A stretch of DNA of 63,699 nt, the filler included, from Corallochytrium limacisporum Hawaii (Eukaryota; Protista; Pluriformea): the NCBI GenBank assembly GCA_002811645.1. It is 4 parts of 4 records of this genome, joined end to end, with 100 filler letters (N's around TTAATTAATTAA, not from the genome) between each part and the next. Parts side by side here need not be neighbours in the genome. Positions count along the whole stretch, not along the records: positions 60,958 to 63,699 come from PDIP01000219.1; 3 more parts are not named here. The stretch is one strand, 5' to 3'. Position numbers and translations under genes: made by a program. This document shows positions 60,958 through 63,699 of the stretch, one piece after another (the first letter of the stretch is position 1; each line of letters starts with the position of its first letter). Under the pieces are notes generated by a model. That model ran no database searches. It was not told the origin of the DNA and was given only the letters and a program-made list of their open reading frames with translations.

Positions 60958-61624
60958 TGCAGTTTTCACCGTCAGCTTTTCCACTAGAGTTAGGGGCGCA
61001 GTAGCTGTTTTGGCAGTTTTGGGACCAGCACATGCTGTCATCGTCGCACGGGGCGTTAATACGACGGAAACCAAGACCAGTTCCTTCGCACTGGCGACTA
61101 TCCATGTTGCACCCATGGAAATCACAGCATTCAGCTCCAGTGTTGCATGTTTCTCCGAGTGCCTGGCAAGTATCGTCATTTACAATAACGGGAGTGGCGC
61201 TGGCTATGCCGGCCGGGGTACCGATAGCATACCAGTTGGGCTTGTCGGTTGGGTGCAGGCGACGGTCGTTGCACTTGGCATGGCCCCCCTCGGTACCATC
61301 ACACCAGCCTCCAGCGCAGTCCATATCGTACATGCAGTTTTCACCGTCAGGTTTAGCAGACTCAGGAGGGGCGCAGTAGCTGTTTTGGCAGTTTTGGGAC
61401 CAGCACATGCTGTCATCGTCGCACGGGGCGTTAATACGACGGAAACCAAGACCAGTTCCTTCGCACTGGCGACTATCCATGTTGCACCCATGGAAATCAC
61501 AGCATTCAGCTCCAGTGCTGCATGTTTGTCCAATTTCCTGGCAAGTTTCGTCATTTACATTGACGGGGGAGGCACTGGCCATGCCGACGAGGGCGCCTAG
61601 AGCAATAGCACTGAAAGTCTTCAT
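60958..61624 (-). CDS. Secreted cysteine-rich repeat protein (knottin-like modules), 3'-truncated by the gap
   Basis: Signal peptide MKTFSAIALGALVGMASA. A 375-bp (125-aa) internal duplication. Modules CQEIGQTCSTGAECCDFHGC..C, CDDDSMCWSQNCQNSYC and CMYDMDCAGGWC..C. Confidence 0.9.
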
Positions 61625-61899
61625 GTTGAGTACGGATCGGGTTGTTAGATCTTTGGAACTTCTTTTCAGAATTGAAAGCAAGATGCTTTGGATATGTGAG
61701 GATGGTTGAAAAGGGTCAAACAGTCTGTCATCGGTACGCGCCCTTATTCTTAAATACCTTTGTTCCAGAGAACCTGACGCTCATCATGTGGTGTCTGTTG
61801 CGTGTAGAAACCCCAACTTCTTAAACCCAACATGATCCAGGTTCTCACCTTCACCGTGTGATTCTTTTTCTCCTGTCCTTTACGATTCCCGTCTCCACG

Positions 61900-63000
61900 T
61901 TCCTCGCCGTGCCTACCCTTTGCATCTTCTAGACTTCCAACCTGAGGCTGCTTAGGCGTGGGCCAATTGAGATAATGAAAGCACATAGAGGCCCAGGCTG
62001 CGTATGGAATATCCGGTCTCGGTTTCAAAGTTGAAGGCAGTGCGGACGACTGAAAAGTTGCAAAGGTGACACCAACATGCGCGGGTTAGCAGTCTTACGC
62101 ATGACATGGAAGGTTGAGGGGGAGAAAGCGCAAGCAGCCTGAAGCTTCAACCCAGTCTTCATAATATCACACCAACTCATATGGGCCCAACACGCTGGGT
62201 TCAATCTATCCAGAAGTCTCAGACCTGGTAGTATCAGCAATCGATTGATTATACATTGGCACTATAGATGGGTGTGTCCGTTTCTTAAGCGATCCGTCCT
62301 GGTTCCCACTACCTGGTGACACAACAACCGCTGATGTGGTAGTGGTACGTCCAAGTTTGGATCAGAGCCTTTGATTCCATGGCTTTGACGTATAGAGGAT
62401 GAATTGAATGGGGAATTTCCAACTGCCCAAGATGGTATGCTCCAGCCTGTCGATGCGTATTACTAACTGATGGACCACTGTCCCATTTAATCTCTGCTCG
62501 AGACTTGGGTTTGGTAAGGCAAACCAGATTATTTCATGACGTGACATTGCACATAGCATTTTCGGCCCTGTTCAATCGACTCCGAGTTCTCTATACAAAA
62601 TGAAAGGGCATAAAGTTTGGTGGACAGTAAAGGTTCTCCGTCGCATATGGTGCGGTGATCCCACTCACAAAAACACTGAGAGCCAATCTCTTGGCTACAT
62701 CAACTTGTGGGACTGTGTTACCGTCATCGATGTGGGCCCACGGGTGTCGCTTCTTACATGATCAACAGGCACTAGATTTGGCTACAGTCAGAAGCACGAG
62801 CAATCACCAAACTGACACTCCTTCCTTTTAACAACTACCACTAGGCCGCCAATACGTACCAACAGACCAGAAAGGAGTTGACACTGTATTGCTGGGGGTT
62901 CCACTGGTTGTGGCACTGGTTGTGGATGGAGAAAGTCTGTTGTCTCTCCTACACAACATGTAGAAAGTCAGCCAGCTGATGAATCTCCCCAGCAGTGCTG
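61900..63000 (-). mobile_element. Degenerate non-LTR (LINE) reverse-transcriptase relic
   Basis: QRLNGTV..ILGSWKFPIQFILYTS (cf. PQGSPLSPILFILYTS); PGLRLLDRLNPACWAH..K (cf. YLG+.LD..L.W..H); PRPDIPYAAW (cf. RP.L.YA..W). Confidence 0.55.
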
Positions 63001-63504
63001 GACACGGCAAAGGAGTGAGTTGTTACGGATTTCGATGGCTGCGGGTGTCGCCAGAAACCCCCCTACCCCTCACCCCCCCACCAAATTTAGAGTGGTCAGT
63101 CGGCACAACTTGGCGGCTGGGGTACATCGTCCCCCCTTCACGCACATTAATATTGGAAATACCGAAGTCCCGTTGGTAAGAGGGCCACCCAACTTTTTCA
63201 TCGCCCGGACGGGACACACACCACCACCACGTAGGACAGGGGGCATTTTGCCCAGCAGCAGTCGACCACTGAGAAAAAAATATACGGTACATACCAAGGG
63301 TAAAATTCATTTCAGAAGCCGGGGTGTTGCGCGCTTTAAAGGGAGTCTATTTTATTACCATCTTAGGGGATCACCAGGGGGGGGGTAACGGTTGGGAAAA
63401 GTTGAGAAGCGAACCATAAAAGGGAGTCTATTTTAGTACAATATTATGGATCACACAGGTGGGATGGGGGAAAAATGGGTCGCGGTGTTCGCTCACTTGG
63501 GCAT

Positions 63505-63699
63505 CTACCAGTTGGGCTTGTCGGTGGGGTGCAGGCGACGGTCGTTGCACTTGGCATGGCCCTCCTCGGTACCATCACACCAGCCTCCAGCACAGTCCAT
63601 ATCGTACGTGCAGTTTTCACCGTCAGCTTTTCCACTAGAGTTAGGGGCGCAGTAGCTGTTTTGGCAGTTTTGGGACCAGCACATGCTGTCATCGTCGCA
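63505..63699 (-). CDS. 3' end of a second tandem copy of the Cys-rich secreted protein gene
   Basis: CDDDSMCWSQNCQNSYCAPNSSGKADGENCTYDMDCAGGWCDGTEEGHAKCNDRRLHPTDKPNW*, with TAG at 63505-63507. 63609-63699 is identical to 60958-61048. Confidence 0.88.
   Translation of the reverse strand, partial: CDDDSMCWSQNCQNSYCAPNSSGKADGENCTYDMDCAGGWCDGTEEGHAKCNDRRLHPTDKPNW

Overview
Eukaryotic, non-contiguous pseudomolecule. It starts with (CCCTAA)n telomere repeats and is made of four pieces joined by 100-nt N44-TTAATTAATTAA-N44 linkers (21019-21118, 42903-43002, 60858-60957), so adjacency across these linkers is not proven. It holds 13 complete, apparently intronless protein genes: SLC26 anion transporter, LCM-type methyltransferase, a mosaic class-3 lipase, ABCG half-transporter, a bacterial-type beta-helix polysaccharide lyase-like protein, catalase-peroxidase KatG, Sen15-like protein, glutamate carboxypeptidase II, a CXC+NTF2-like protein, PMCA Ca-ATPase, exportin-T, a DUF4336 MBL-fold protein and an EF-hand protein. 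It also holds one tRNA-Gln(CTG) and three partial members of a secreted cysteine-rich (knottin-like) family: one cut off by the telomere and two in tandem at the right end. Most large intergenic spacers read, in shifting frames, as extremely decayed Ty3/gypsy or non-LTR retrotransposon pol sequence stretched by homopolymer and microsatellite expansions. TTAGGG telomeres, opisthokont-type genes and the lack of introns suggest a unicellular holozoan such as Corallochytrium, but this is inference only. All family assignments are motif recognition by eye; no database searches were run.
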